The notes under the pieces are model-generated. The model was not told the origin of the DNA. It made no database searches and worked only from the letters and a program-made list of their open reading frames with translations. Shown here piece by piece: positions 1 through 9,932 of a stretch of DNA of 64,000 nt. Within the stretch, counting starts at the first letter, position 1. Each line of letters starts with the position of its first letter. The DNA comes from a virus. The DNA lies in the IMG/VR virus record IMGVR_UViG_3300036860_000057, positions 1 to 64,000 of that record. The stretch is one strand, 5' to 3'. The translations under genes were made by a program, and so were the position numbers.

Positions 1-178
1 ACAGCCCTTCCTCTCCTCGAACTCTATGCAGTCTAGCGCTTGGACGAAATTTGTGTTCCAGTGCTAGTTGATGAATTTTCCTATCTACTGATTCTTTAAC
101 AATAGAAGGACAGCCTGTCCAATCTTCTAAAAAGTTATGGTTTATTACGATGTCATGAAAGATCATCCTGTTTAACAT
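1..178 (-). CDS. Partial ORF running off the left edge, RelE/ParE toxin-like
   Basis: Not in the ORF track. AAGGAG RBS then ATG at 178, open to base 1: MLNRMIFHDIVINHNFLEDWTGCPSIVKESVDRKIHQLALEHKFRPSARLHRVRGEEGL. The F-x-x-D ... K ... L ... PS-x-RLH-x-V-x-G pattern resembles a RelE/ParE N-terminus. Confidence 0.4.
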   Translation of the reverse strand, partial: MLNRMIFHDIVINHNFLEDWTGCPSIVKESVDRKIHQLALEHKFRPSARLHRVRGEEGL

Positions 179-824
179 TCAACTCCTTTAACATTTGAAC
201 ATATGTAAGTGTCTCTTTCATTGTCTTACGAGCCTTGTCAGCCAAGATAGCATCCTTCATGTCTTCTTTCCACTGCTTCTTAGCTTCTTTTATAGAGCCA
301 AACATTACTTGAGCAGGTAAAATTCTCCACGTCAACCAGACGACAGGGAACTGAGCGCCATTTCCTCCCCATCCAAGATTAGGCATCTTAAAGTCTATCC
401 TAGCATCCAGCAACATCATCTCAAATCCATAATGTCCCAGCATATCTTGTACTTCTGATGATCCTATTGTCTCCAGTGGAACAAGTAAAGCAAATGGCTT
501 CCCTAGTTCGTAACATCTCTTGAGCCACTTCCTCTTAATCGAATAGGGTGGGTTAGTAACAATTGCATCCCAGTCACTAGGATCATAGGTAAAAAAGTTC
601 TGCCCTACTAAAATATCACTACACACCACACATCCTACTCCCCCTTCGAGAAGAGCCTTTACTAGAATTCCTTCTCCATCAGCAGGCTCCCAAATAGTAT
701 TAAACTTCTGCAAATAGGGCAGAAGTGGTTGTAGTGCGTAGGAAGGAGTCTGACAAGCATCATAGGTAGCTGCTTGCTTTGTGTCACCCTTTTGATTCTT
801 CTTTGGCTTCATTGACTGAGCCAT
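153..824 (-). CDS. Phage DNA N6-adenine methyltransferase
   Basis: IWEPADGEG (SAM-binding motif I) and VTNPPYS (motif IV). Start moved to MAQSM at 824 to reduce overlap. Confidence 0.85.
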   Translation of the reverse strand: MAQSMKPKKNQKGDTKQAATYDACQTPSYALQPLLPYLQKFNTIWEPADGEGILVKALLEGGVGCVVCSDILVGQNFFTYDPSDWDAIVTNPPYSIKRKWLKRCYELGKPFALLVPLETIGSSEVQDMLGHYGFEMMLLDARIDFKMPNLGWGGNGAQFPVVWLTWRILPAQVMFGSIKEAKKQWKEDMKDAILADKARKTMKETLTYVQMLKELNVKQDDLS

Positions 825-1647
825 TGTTATGCCTTTCCAAGAAACCATGTTCCTTGATAGTTTGAATAACTTCCTCATCTGCCTTGATACCAAGACATCT
901 CATCAGATGTTTTATTGCATTGGTAACTAGTTCATTCTCTACCCATTCAGAGAAATCTAATCTACCTATTACGGCCTCCTGACCCATCTCCTGTGCTACT
1001 ATGACATCACCATAAAGCTTATACTGTAGTGAAGGATCAGGATCATCTGGCTTCTCTTTCCTGTAAATTTCATTCCTAATCTCTGTAACTGATACTCCTG
1101 AATCCATAAGCATTGACCATCGATCAGGACTCATTTGGTTGTTCTCCACAATAGAACGCATTAGTGTTAGTTTTGAGATAGGAATCTTCAAAGGGTCAAA
1201 CTCTACCTGCTCTCGAATCACCTCACCATCTTCTACAATTGCATTCTTATATCTATCTCTCTTGATAACTTCAACTGTTCCAAATGGCTTAACTTCTTTA
1301 ACAACGAAAGTTTCTACTGCGCGAAAGTAATTATCAAGTGTATTTGGTTGTACTGGTGTTTCTTTCACAACTAATACATTAAATTGATATTCGTACTCTC
1401 TTCTAAATGTGAGAGGCAACTCGTCCCAATTTGCTTTTAGGATATATAAGGTATACAACATACCTAATCCAAGACCCTCACCTGCACCCACAACAAATCT
1501 TAAAATGTCTAGGATTTCTTCAGCCCACTTGATGTCTTGTGGTTGAAACTTCTGCTTGACTTTCTCAATCTCCGCGAGTAGATTCCGTGTTAAAATATTT
1601 GCTTCTTTACTAACTACTTCTTTCGATAGATTAGACAGTGTTATCAT
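784..1647 (-). CDS. Hypothetical protein (287 aa) in the replication operon
   Basis: Long ORF overlapping its neighbours; no recognised motif. Confidence 0.75.
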   Translation of the reverse strand: MITLSNLSKEVVSKEANILTRNLLAEIEKVKQKFQPQDIKWAEEILDILRFVVGAGEGLGLGMLYTLYILKANWDELPLTFRREYEYQFNVLVVKETPVQPNTLDNYFRAVETFVVKEVKPFGTVEVIKRDRYKNAIVEDGEVIREQVEFDPLKIPISKLTLMRSIVENNQMSPDRWSMLMDSGVSVTEIRNEIYRKEKPDDPDPSLQYKLYGDVIVAQEMGQEAVIGRLDFSEWVENELVTNAIKHLMRCLGIKADEEVIQTIKEHGFLERHNNGSVNEAKEESKG

Positions 1648-2407
1648 TCTGATCCTTATAGGGCTTTACGATTTGTGACAAAAGACCATACCACGCATCA
1701 TTCAGTGGGTCTGTAATACAGGTAGGAATCTTCTTTACTTCGCCTAGCGATAGTTTAACATGATCCGAGCAGAACGTCAATTGTTTTAGCAACTGTTCTG
1801 GATTAAATGACAGCAAAGTCCCGACAAATCCATCCTCAAAATCTCCTTCTACGCCTGTGAATGGAAATCTGTCAATCGAGCCTATCTCATTCTCTTGGAT
1901 CGATCCATAGATCACTCCAGTATCATCTACTGAAATATCAATCCAGCGTGATTCTCTGTAATCAGGAAACTCAAGAGATGCTTTACATAGGTCCCTTAGC
2001 TCTCCAGAGTCTAGTATGATATGATTATTATTCAATTTACCCTTCCATTCCTTTATCTTATCATACACTGGAATAGTATCAATGAGTGACAGAGAACTAC
2101 GAAATCCTTGCCCATCTGTAATAGACATCTTCTTTTCTACCTTAAGTGTTACTTCTTCCCCTCGTATCATCTTCAGTATGCCTATTAGTGAAAAGGTAAC
2201 ACAACATTCCCCACTCTCTCCTTCCAGAAGGGGTTGTTGAATAACAACAAGGCTAGTAGGAGTCCCTGCTATAAGAGTAAGGATTTCCTCTTCTGAGAAT
2301 AAAAGCAATCTACCATTGAGTGGATTATTCTTATCGTCCTTGTTCACTAATCCTGACAACAATCGTACATTGTTTCTTAATGTTGAAGTATCAAGTGTGA
2401 TCTTCAT
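1631..2407 (-). CDS. Divergent sliding-clamp-like protein (258 aa)
   Basis: N-terminus MKITLDTSTLRNNVRLLSGLV...PLNGRLLL...LTLIAG...ESGECCV and C-terminal FNPEQLLKQL...VKL...GLLSQI follow the DnaN/PCNA pattern. Directly downstream of the polymerase. Confidence 0.55.
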   Translation of the reverse strand: MKITLDTSTLRNNVRLLSGLVNKDDKNNPLNGRLLLFSEEEILTLIAGTPTSLVVIQQPLLEGESGECCVTFSLIGILKMIRGEEVTLKVEKKMSITDGQGFRSSLSLIDTIPVYDKIKEWKGKLNNNHIILDSGELRDLCKASLEFPDYRESRWIDISVDDTGVIYGSIQENEIGSIDRFPFTGVEGDFEDGFVGTLLSFNPEQLLKQLTFCSDHVKLSLGEVKKIPTCITDPLNDAWYGLLSQIVKPYKDQNDNTV

Positions 2408-2409
2408 TT

Positions 2410-4173
2410 TTATCCTTTCGTCCATCGCTTGTTCACATGTCCTTCTGCTCGTATCTGAACAGAAGGACAAATTTCGCTGGCAGCTAATTCCATAGCCGAC
2501 AGCACCTGATATTTAACTTCTTCTGCTTGATCATCTCTTACCCGAACCAATATCTCGTCATGTACAAACAGAACAATGGTAGCATCATAGTTATTCTCTT
2601 CAAGGACTCTATCTGCTAACACTCCCGCATATTTCGTCATATCGGCTGCTGTTCCTTGCACAGCGTAGTTAATAGAGGCACTATAATAAGAGCCTCTTCC
2701 ACCTCCATTTACTATCTCTGGGAAGTTTTGTCGTCTCCCCATAGCAGTAAGCGTAAATCCTCTTCTCTTTAGTAATCCTTCCTGTGCATCTGACCATCTT
2801 GCAGCTTTGGGAAAAGATCGTCTGACACGATTCTTAAATTCAGTGGCGACCTGTTCACTAATACTCATGTGTCGTGCTAGGGTTTGTATCCCTGCACCAT
2901 AAAGAGATGCTAATAATCCTGTCTTACAAGCAAATCTTTCTTGTTTACTAATCTCCTGTTTATTGTATACCGATTTAGCTACTTCTACATACATATCCTC
3001 ACTATTATAAGCAGTTATCATAACTTCATCACCAGACAGGTGTGCTACTATCCCTGGTTCCTGCTTTTCAAAGTCGCTGCAAGAAAAACTATTATAGTCC
3101 ATAGCTTTAGGCAAAAATATAAGCCTAAAATTAGGCTCCCCCTCTTTTAGTTTAAGAGGGGAAGGCACATTCTGTAAATTTGGCGAGTTCATAGACATGC
3201 GACCTGTCCTAGCCTGCAACTGGTTCACATTCGCATGAATATTCCCAGTGATAGGATTCACATACTCGTCAAATCTCCAAGTAGACCTCTTCTGCCACTC
3301 CTTATACTCCAACAGAACATCAATAAATTCTGTGAGTTCTTTACTTCCTTTATGAGAAAGTTCTTTCAGTGATTCTTCGGATGTGCTGTGTACTTCTACA
3401 CCATAGATACTCTTTATCAATTTCTGAAGTTGCTGAGTGCTTCCTAGGTTAGCATCAATTACAGACTCTCCGAATATATCCCATGTTCTGCCAAGACCCG
3501 CCAAATCAGCTAGCTTAGACTCTAGTTCTCTGACCTTCAGATATATCTGCTTCTGTTGTTGATCCCACAACTCGTGATCAAATCCTACACCTTCCAGCGT
3601 AGCCTTTACTAATACACTAACGAACTCATTCTCCAAAGATACAATACGCCCTAACTGCTGGTTGCTGACATCTTTAATCTGACTCTCTCGAAGATTGAGA
3701 AGATGGATCACATCAGCAGCAGCATAGTCCAACTGCTCCTTAGTCATAGGACCAGTATGGTTAGCAAATTGAGAACGAGTTTCTTTATTGAGTGTAACTC
3801 CTAGTCTCCGTGCAACAGTAGATGCTAAGTCATTATCTACCCCTGTCATTCCTGTGTTAATAACCCTCTCTACAATAAGAGAGTCATATATGTTCTTGGT
3901 TCTAGTTCCTATCGTGTGCTCCAAAAACTGTCCATCGAAATAATAGTTATGGCAGATTTTTTTAACATTAGGATTGGTCAGCACAGGAATTAGACAAGTA
4001 AAATTATTCTGAAGTATCCATACATCATTACCATCTGATACCTGAATCGAAATAATCCGATCTGTGTAAGGATCGGCTGTGTCTCTTTTCTTATTCTGCC
4101 ACGTCGTCTCAATATCAACACCCACTATTTCTGTCTCTAGTGTGGGCAAGTAGTCAACTATCTTGGTTGTCAT
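2410..4173 (-). CDS. polA: Family A DNA polymerase with 3'-5' exonuclease (no 5'-3' exonuclease)
   Basis: ExoI VDIETT, ExoII HNYYFD, ExoIII YAAADV; TGRMSMNSPNLQNVP; motif A DFEKQE, motif B RFACKTGLLASLYG, motif C VHDEI. Confidence 0.95.
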   Translation of the reverse strand: MTTKIVDYLPTLETEIVGVDIETTWQNKKRDTADPYTDRIISIQVSDGNDVWILQNNFTCLIPVLTNPNVKKICHNYYFDGQFLEHTIGTRTKNIYDSLIVERVINTGMTGVDNDLASTVARRLGVTLNKETRSQFANHTGPMTKEQLDYAAADVIHLLNLRESQIKDVSNQQLGRIVSLENEFVSVLVKATLEGVGFDHELWDQQQKQIYLKVRELESKLADLAGLGRTWDIFGESVIDANLGSTQQLQKLIKSIYGVEVHSTSEESLKELSHKGSKELTEFIDVLLEYKEWQKRSTWRFDEYVNPITGNIHANVNQLQARTGRMSMNSPNLQNVPSPLKLKEGEPNFRLIFLPKAMDYNSFSCSDFEKQEPGIVAHLSGDEVMITAYNSEDMYVEVAKSVYNKQEISKQERFACKTGLLASLYGAGIQTLARHMSISEQVATEFKNRVRRSFPKAARWSDAQEGLLKRRGFTLTAMGRRQNFPEIVNGGGRGSYYSASINYAVQGTAADMTKYAGVLADRVLEENNYDATIVLFVHDEILVRVRDDQAEEVKYQVLSAMELAASEICPSVQIRAEGHVNKRWTKG

Positions 4174-4585
4174 CTGTCTCTTCTTTCTCAGGATCGTAAT
4201 CCTTAGAAACAACTATCTGTCCTTCAAAACATTCATCACATCCATCACCATTACAATCAGGACAATCAATGCTCTTACTATCTTTATCCTTTAGTGCTGC
4301 ATAGTACCATACCTTGTTCCAGAGATTATCATATTCCTTCTTATAGCTTCTGCTCCAATACTCAGGAAGCATACCAGCAGGAAATTCATAATCTCCTGGT
4401 AGAACCTTGATGCTCATTGGATCAGTAAAATCAAGGTTCCACTCGCTGGCAGCATAAGCACGAGCCTTTCCACGAGTTTCAGCAAAGAATATGTTGATAA
4501 GTCTTCCTATGTACCATATAGGATAACCATCAATATAATCATCTACAATATGGTGCTCACCTGAATCAACTAAAAATGCTTTCAT
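4154..4585 (-). CDS. Hypothetical protein with C-terminal Zn finger
   Basis: CPDCNGDGCDECFEG, a DnaJ-like CxxCxGxG pattern. Confidence 0.7.
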   Translation of the reverse strand: MKAFLVDSGEHHIVDDYIDGYPIWYIGRLINIFFAETRGKARAYAASEWNLDFTDPMSIKVLPGDYEFPAGMLPEYWSRSYKKEYDNLWNKVWYYAALKDKDSKSIDCPDCNGDGCDECFEGQIVVSKDYDPEKEETDDNQDS

Positions 4586-6132
4586 CAGAATATCCCTTCC
4601 AATCCTGTAGACCAGTCACCATTACCATTAGTTCCCTGCACAACTGGCTCTACAGGCTTTATAATTTTCTCTTCTTCCTTTAAGAAGTGATCAAACAACA
4701 TAGTCTCTGATTTCCCAAAGGTTAAATTAGGATCAAGGACTCGCGTTGATTCCCCTTCCCAGAACATAGGTATTGGTTCTGGTGTGCCGAATCCACGAGT
4801 CTTCTCTACTAATATCCAGAAGTGACTATCATCAAGACTATCAGGAACTCGATAATCAATCCCCTTTCTTTTCATTTCAGGATAGTTCACTATTTCAAGA
4901 ACAATATCAGCAGCATGGCGGAGTCCCTGACTGTAGCGTAGACCACCAGCACCCGCTATCCGAGCTTTATGATCACCATCTACACCATAGGTTGACTGGC
5001 TGATTGTAACTACTGCTGCACCAGTCTCACGAGCAATCTGTAAGTGCTTGCGAATTACAGATGTAAGATTCTGTTCCTTGGAATCTCCATCATCATCAGA
5101 AAAGAGTTCTGTATAGTCACTTCCCAAAAATCTCACAGGGCCTCGATCACTGCTGTGAATACCATTCAGTCGATATTCCATTACAGTAGTCTTGATTAAG
5201 TTAGTAGGATCAACATAGATAGGTAGTGTTCCTATATACTCGATAGCCTTTAAGAACTCTTGATAGTCCTGTCCCTGTAGTGCTGGTTTTCCTTGATATA
5301 GTTTCTGTGTATTAAACCCAGACAGCATTGCTGCCATGTTCCTGATAACAACATTCGCTGGCGTTTCCAGAGAATTGATTGCCACACAACCAGAAATATT
5401 ATTCTTGCCAAGTCCTATGGCTGTTCCTAGTGCCATCTCCAACATCAAGCTCGTCTTACCACTGTTGGACATTCCATGTAATACTACCAAGTTCCCGTAT
5501 GGAATTAGATTAACTCTTGTCATTGAAGGTAGGCCAATAGGTAATAATAGAGAAACTTCTCCAGACCTTATCTGCTCTACTTCATCTATGGCTTCTGCTG
5601 CAATGTCTCCTGAGAACTGATACCCTTCTGGACCATTACTAACTGATCCCCTAAGTCCAGAGAGATAGGAATTAAGCCAACTATCCACATCTTCCACTCC
5701 ATCTACATACTGCTGAAGCTCAGATGGATTTTCTAAAAATCGTGTCAGTTCCTTTTCATAAGAAAGAGTCTGATAGATTACACCAGCCCGATCAATTAAC
5801 TCTGCTGTTCGTTTCAGAGAGTTAGAGTCAAGTGTATGAATTCGATAGTAACCAGATAATCTCTCAACTAGACTAATTAAATATGGCCTTATATCTCCAT
5901 ATTTAGTTCCCATTACATCAAGAACATTCGTAACATTAGGAGCCATTTTAGTAGCCATGCAGTATTCAATACTGCTGTAGATATGAGAATGATCTTTTCC
6001 TCCCAGCATACCAGTAGAGCTAAAGATCAACTTATCTGCACTGAGGCTAGGCCACACAATGCTGGCTGCTTCGTGCTCAAACTTAAGAATGCTCCCTAAC
6101 AGGATACATTCCCTTTCGAATAGAGTAAGCAT
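4585..6132 (-). CDS. dnaB: DnaB-like SF4 replicative helicase
   Basis: Walker A GMSNSGKT, SLE, DYTEL (Walker B), ISQ, ADIV, EKTR; DnaB-like N-terminal domain. Confidence 0.9.
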   Translation of the reverse strand: MLTLFERECILLGSILKFEHEAASIVWPSLSADKLIFSSTGMLGGKDHSHIYSSIEYCMATKMAPNVTNVLDVMGTKYGDIRPYLISLVERLSGYYRIHTLDSNSLKRTAELIDRAGVIYQTLSYEKELTRFLENPSELQQYVDGVEDVDSWLNSYLSGLRGSVSNGPEGYQFSGDIAAEAIDEVEQIRSGEVSLLLPIGLPSMTRVNLIPYGNLVVLHGMSNSGKTSLMLEMALGTAIGLGKNNISGCVAINSLETPANVVIRNMAAMLSGFNTQKLYQGKPALQGQDYQEFLKAIEYIGTLPIYVDPTNLIKTTVMEYRLNGIHSSDRGPVRFLGSDYTELFSDDDGDSKEQNLTSVIRKHLQIARETGAAVVTISQSTYGVDGDHKARIAGAGGLRYSQGLRHAADIVLEIVNYPEMKRKGIDYRVPDSLDDSHFWILVEKTRGFGTPEPIPMFWEGESTRVLDPNLTFGKSETMLFDHFLKEEEKIIKPVEPVVQGTNGNGDWSTGLEGIF

Positions 6133-6530
6133 CAGAACTCTCCAAATAAGGATAGCTGAGAATAGTCAGAAACTTCATATTGAAAATGCTCGTATACAGG
6201 CTTGCCCATTTTTCTTGCTGTATCAAGCGTGTGCTTACTTCCCTTACTCACCCCATCCCACAGAACAATAACTGCATCCGAATATTTTAACATTTCTATG
6301 TTACGAATCATGCCAGCAGATTTTCCATGCTCATTCCAATCAGGAATAAATAACCTAACAGGAATGTTGTAAGTTCTGGCATATATCTCTCCTGCAAGAT
6401 CAACACCCCTAGCTCCACCACTCACTACTTCTGTGATCTGGAATTTGGACTTCAACACTGCATCTGCTACCATGCCCATGAGTTTAAGATTACCATCGAA
6501 CGAGCGTGATCCAGCAATGATCACTTTCAT
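6132..6530 (-). CDS. YspA/DUF2493-type SLOG family protein
   Basis: MKVIIAGSR, VVSGGARGVD, AGMIRN, WDGVSKGS; C-terminal QLSLF clamp-binding motif. Confidence 0.85.
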   Translation of the reverse strand: MKVIIAGSRSFDGNLKLMGMVADAVLKSKFQITEVVSGGARGVDLAGEIYARTYNIPVRLFIPDWNEHGKSAGMIRNIEMLKYSDAVIVLWDGVSKGSKHTLDTARKMGKPVYEHFQYEVSDYSQLSLFGEF

Positions 6531-6531
6531 C

Positions 6532-6954
6532 TCAGAAGGCTCCTTGTTTGAAATGAAGTTTCCCATTGTCCAAATATATCAGAGTAGGAAAGACATCTTC
6601 CTCATACCTTATATATCCAAGAAACTCAATTGGATCGTAGTATTTCATATATGGATTCAACCAATCCAAGAATTTTTCAATCTCATCATGGTAATTTTTG
6701 ATATTGGTACGAACAGTTAGTCTCCATCCTATAAGTTCATGTACTTTTCTGATCATAGAATGAGTCTGTCCTACAAAATAGTAACTATCTGCATTGAGCA
6801 TAGGCCAAAGTTCGTATGAAAAGAATTCATGATCTGTTGGAATCTTAAGATCGTCTACCTTCTCTCCACACATATACTGAAGAATCTTAATCACATCTTC
6901 AGGAACATCATCTTTAAGTCTACATGCCATTACTAACTCAGTATACATACCCAT
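6532..6954 (-). CDS. Phage hypothetical protein
   Basis: MGMYTEL...IKNY..EIEKFLDWL..Y...FLGY.RYEE; translationally coupled to neighbours. Confidence 0.75.
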   Translation of the reverse strand: MGMYTELVMACRLKDDVPEDVIKILQYMCGEKVDDLKIPTDHEFFSYELWPMLNADSYYFVGQTHSMIRKVHELIGWRLTVRTNIKNYHDEIEKFLDWLNPYMKYYDPIEFLGYIRYEEDVFPTLIYLDNGKLHFKQGAF

Positions 6955-8210
6955 TAGAAAGCTCCTTGTTTCATGTCAGATTTTTCAGACCACCTACTAA
7001 TCACTGGCAGCATCTCCAGATAATTTCTACATTCATAGAACTCATTAGCCAACTCCAACCACTCTTCAGGTGTGAATGTTATGTTGGTAAATGGTTGTCT
7101 TTCACAAGCATATTGCAGCGCTCGATTCACCAGACTTGAGTTATATTTTTTCTCTGTCACAATTACCTGAAGGATTGTCAGCGCTCCTTCAGCATGTCCT
7201 ACAGAAATCTCATCCAGTATGTCGAAGACACGCTGGACATGATCAGTATCTACAAACCACAGGAACTCAGGCATTGCTAAAATTTCCTCCACAAATTGTT
7301 GTGCAGTGTTCCCTGCAAGGCGATAGTCATTATAATCTTTAGAACTTCCTTGTCCAAAGAACTTAACTTCTGCATCTAATATATCTGCTAACTTAAAGGC
7401 TGCTGACCACTCAGACTGAGTGTTATCAGGAACAATGATTTTTTTCTTAGTGTTAGCTAGCAGTCTCTTTAGTTCTTGAGTCTGTTCACTCTCAGGATCA
7501 CTAAATCCTTCGATTGCTGAGAGTGAAATAGCAGGCAACCCGTCCTGCTCCGCAGTGAGTTGGTCGATGCTTCCGAACAGGATAATTACCAGTTCTTTAT
7601 TGATCAGGTGTCGTCCTAGCACTGATGGACGATTGAACGATTTTTTGCCCCAGTAGCGCCTAGGATTCACTCCAACAGGCCATGTCTTGGTAGGTGATGC
7701 TCTATACTGAAATATATCCACTTCACTCTTGTCTGGATAGCCTCGATAAAAGGGTAATACATAGGCATCTTTTTCAAAATCATATCCTAGCATGTGACTG
7801 TCTATTGTTTCATCTGATAAAAGTCTGCTATGCAAATATTCTCTTTTATCTGGTGTTAGTTGACTGTGCCAGAAGGTGATCCAAATACTAGGAACTGGGC
7901 CTCTATATTCAGATGAAGAAGCTGTAACTACTTTCTCAGGAAGAATACCTTCCCGATCAGCAATCCATTTCACGGCCTGTAAGAATGATAAGTTCTCTTG
8001 TTTCGTTACATAAGAGAAAATATCTACATAGATTCCACAAGAGTAACACTTAGCTCCATCATTATAGACATGAAGACTTGGATTGTGGTCATTATGCCAC
8101 AAACATTTTACTTTGTTGTCTTGATTTATAGTCTCATAAAGGCTCACTATTTGAGACATTGAGACTCTGGACTTTATTTTCTTTGTGTCGTAAACCAGAT
8201 TGTCTCTCAT
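6954..8210 (-). CDS. DNA primase-like protein (CHC2 zinc finger plus degenerate TOPRIM)
   Basis: CLWHNDHNPSL...CYSCG zinc finger; TOPRIM-like ILFGSID, IVPDNT, KDYND with catalytic acidic residues altered. Confidence 0.85.
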   Translation of the reverse strand: MRDNLVYDTKKIKSRVSMSQIVSLYETINQDNKVKCLWHNDHNPSLHVYNDGAKCYSCGIYVDIFSYVTKQENLSFLQAVKWIADREGILPEKVVTASSSEYRGPVPSIWITFWHSQLTPDKREYLHSRLLSDETIDSHMLGYDFEKDAYVLPFYRGYPDKSEVDIFQYRASPTKTWPVGVNPRRYWGKKSFNRPSVLGRHLINKELVIILFGSIDQLTAEQDGLPAISLSAIEGFSDPESEQTQELKRLLANTKKKIIVPDNTQSEWSAAFKLADILDAEVKFFGQGSSKDYNDYRLAGNTAQQFVEEILAMPEFLWFVDTDHVQRVFDILDEISVGHAEGALTILQVIVTEKKYNSSLVNRALQYACERQPFTNITFTPEEWLELANEFYECRNYLEMLPVISRWSEKSDMKQGAF

Positions 8211-9114
8211 AATATTTCCTAAACAATTCAGCAGCTATTAATATCTTATATCCCGTATGACTATCTAATTCTTGTGGATATTTATCATTCTTTATTGAAT
8301 TACAACTTCTACACAACCTCACTGCATTGCCGGGCTTAAGCAGATAACCTTTAGAGAACGGATAAACATGATCCACACATAGCTTGTTGATAGAACCACA
8401 TACTACACAAGATTTCTGGAATTTCTTGAGTGCCCTGTCCATCTCAGGAGTCCATTCTATTTTGGACAACTCCCGTTTTTCATTTTTCAATCTACTATAT
8501 TCTTTTGTCTTGGAGAGTCCGTGTGTTGTCAGCATATTCTTTATTTTACATCCACAACTAGTAGTATCCCCACAAGCTAGACTATAGCCTGAGACTATTT
8601 TTTCATTTCCACAGTCACATTGGCACTTCCAAGTTGATTGTCTATTTTTAGTGCTTCCTTCTCTGGAGATTACTGTGAGTCTGCCAAAACGTTTCCCAGC
8701 TAAATTTTTAAGGCTACGTTCAGATACCCGCTCTTTATTGAGACATCCACAACTCTTAGTTTTTCCTGATACTAAACTAGAACGAAAAACAACTCTTTCA
8801 TTCCCACAATCACACAAACACTTCCAGTAGTTTGATCTATTACTGGCCTTCTGATTTATTTTTTCTGTTACAACTAGTCTTCCAAATCTTTGTCCAACAA
8901 GATTCTTAAAATTTCTTTTACTTAAACTTTCCTTATGATAACATCCACAACTTACAATCCTACCCGCAACTATATTTGTGCCAAGAATTACCTTTTCTAT
9001 GCCACAATCACACTGACATAACCACTTTACACTACCACGCCTATCCCTACCAGACTCTTCTATTATCGTCAATCTACCAAATCTTTGCCCCACTAATTCT
9101 AGTTTCTTACTCAT
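8134..9114 (-). CDS. HNH homing endonuclease with three N-terminal GxRFGRL/CxCDCG/SCGC repeats
   Basis: Three repeats, then CVVC...DHVYP...LCRSCNSIK. Confidence 0.9.
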   Translation of the reverse strand: MSKKLELVGQRFGRLTIIEESGRDRRGSVKWLCQCDCGIEKVILGTNIVAGRIVSCGCYHKESLSKRNFKNLVGQRFGRLVVTEKINQKASNRSNYWKCLCDCGNERVVFRSSLVSGKTKSCGCLNKERVSERSLKNLAGKRFGRLTVISREGSTKNRQSTWKCQCDCGNEKIVSGYSLACGDTTSCGCKIKNMLTTHGLSKTKEYSRLKNEKRELSKIEWTPEMDRALKKFQKSCVVCGSINKLCVDHVYPFSKGYLLKPGNAVRLCRSCNSIKNDKYPQELDSHTGYKILIAAELFRKYYERQSGLRHKENKVQSLNVSNSEPL

Positions 9115-9140
9115 TTCATTTTATCTTCCACTCTATAGCT

Positions 9141-9350
9141 TCAGTCCTCAGGCCAGAGCACTATTACTGTTTGTAGACTCCCTATAGGTATGTCTGAAAT
9201 TTCCACAATTTCACGATAAAGTCCATCCCACACCTCTTCACTATAATCTGCGAGAGGGCGAAATCCATTTCCTTCTGCATCTCTTGATAATATTACCTTA
9301 GTATCAGGAGGGTAAACTTTCAGTGAGTTTATTAACTGATCAATAGTCAT
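9141..9350 (-). CDS. Hypothetical protein
   Basis: Coupled ORF with a DAEGNGF motif. Confidence 0.7.
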   Translation of the reverse strand: MTIDQLINSLKVYPPDTKVILSRDAEGNGFRPLADYSEEVWDGLYREIVEISDIPIGSLQTVIVLWPED

Positions 9351-9709
9351 TTCATTTTCTCCGTTACTTGTTCAATCATCTCACCAACAAACTTAGTTGA
9401 GTATGTGTGATCAGATACCTGTGATGCATACTTTATCGCTCGTGCTACCAGTAGTGCATCATGTTTTTTTAACAATAGTTTCATGTTTCTAACTAGCACT
9501 GGATAAGGAAGATCAATATGACAGCCAAATTGCTTGACCTGCAAGGCTATCAGATAATTGGTCAGGCCCTTGGCTGTCAGACTTACTCTAGGATTGAAAT
9601 GACAACTGAGGGGGTTTCCCTCTATTAAGAGTGATAACCCCCCATTGTCTTCTACTTCCTCTGAGTAAGTGGTTCCTTTAGGTAATGTTCCCCGGTTCCA
9701 CAAGTTCAT
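9347..9709 (-). CDS. Hypothetical protein
   Basis: ORF within the operon. Confidence 0.65.
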   Translation of the reverse strand: MNLWNRGTLPKGTTYSEEVEDNGGLSLLIEGNPLSCHFNPRVSLTAKGLTNYLIALQVKQFGCHIDLPYPVLVRNMKLLLKKHDALLVARAIKYASQVSDHTYSTKFVGEMIEQVTEKMK

Positions 9710-9932
9710 CTATACACCACCCATCTCTTTCACATACCATTCCAAGCAGAAAGGCAGCACCAATAGCTGATAATGTATTAATTTCCTGTCCCAATATATT
9801 ACCAATGGCTGTCTGCAATATCATTGTCTGTATCACAACGCCTGCTTGATTCATGAATGGTGTGTTTTCTCTACACATATCAACGAATCGCTGATCTTTA
9901 ATTACTTCATTAACTTCTTCTATGGATAACAC
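9678..9932 (-). CDS. Hypothetical protein
   Basis: Coupled ORF (TAGTG junction). Confidence 0.6.
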   Translation of the reverse strand: MLSIEEVNEVIKDQRFVDMCRENTPFMNQAGVVIQTMILQTAIGNILGQEINTLSAIGAAFLLGMVCERDGWCIDELVEPGNIT

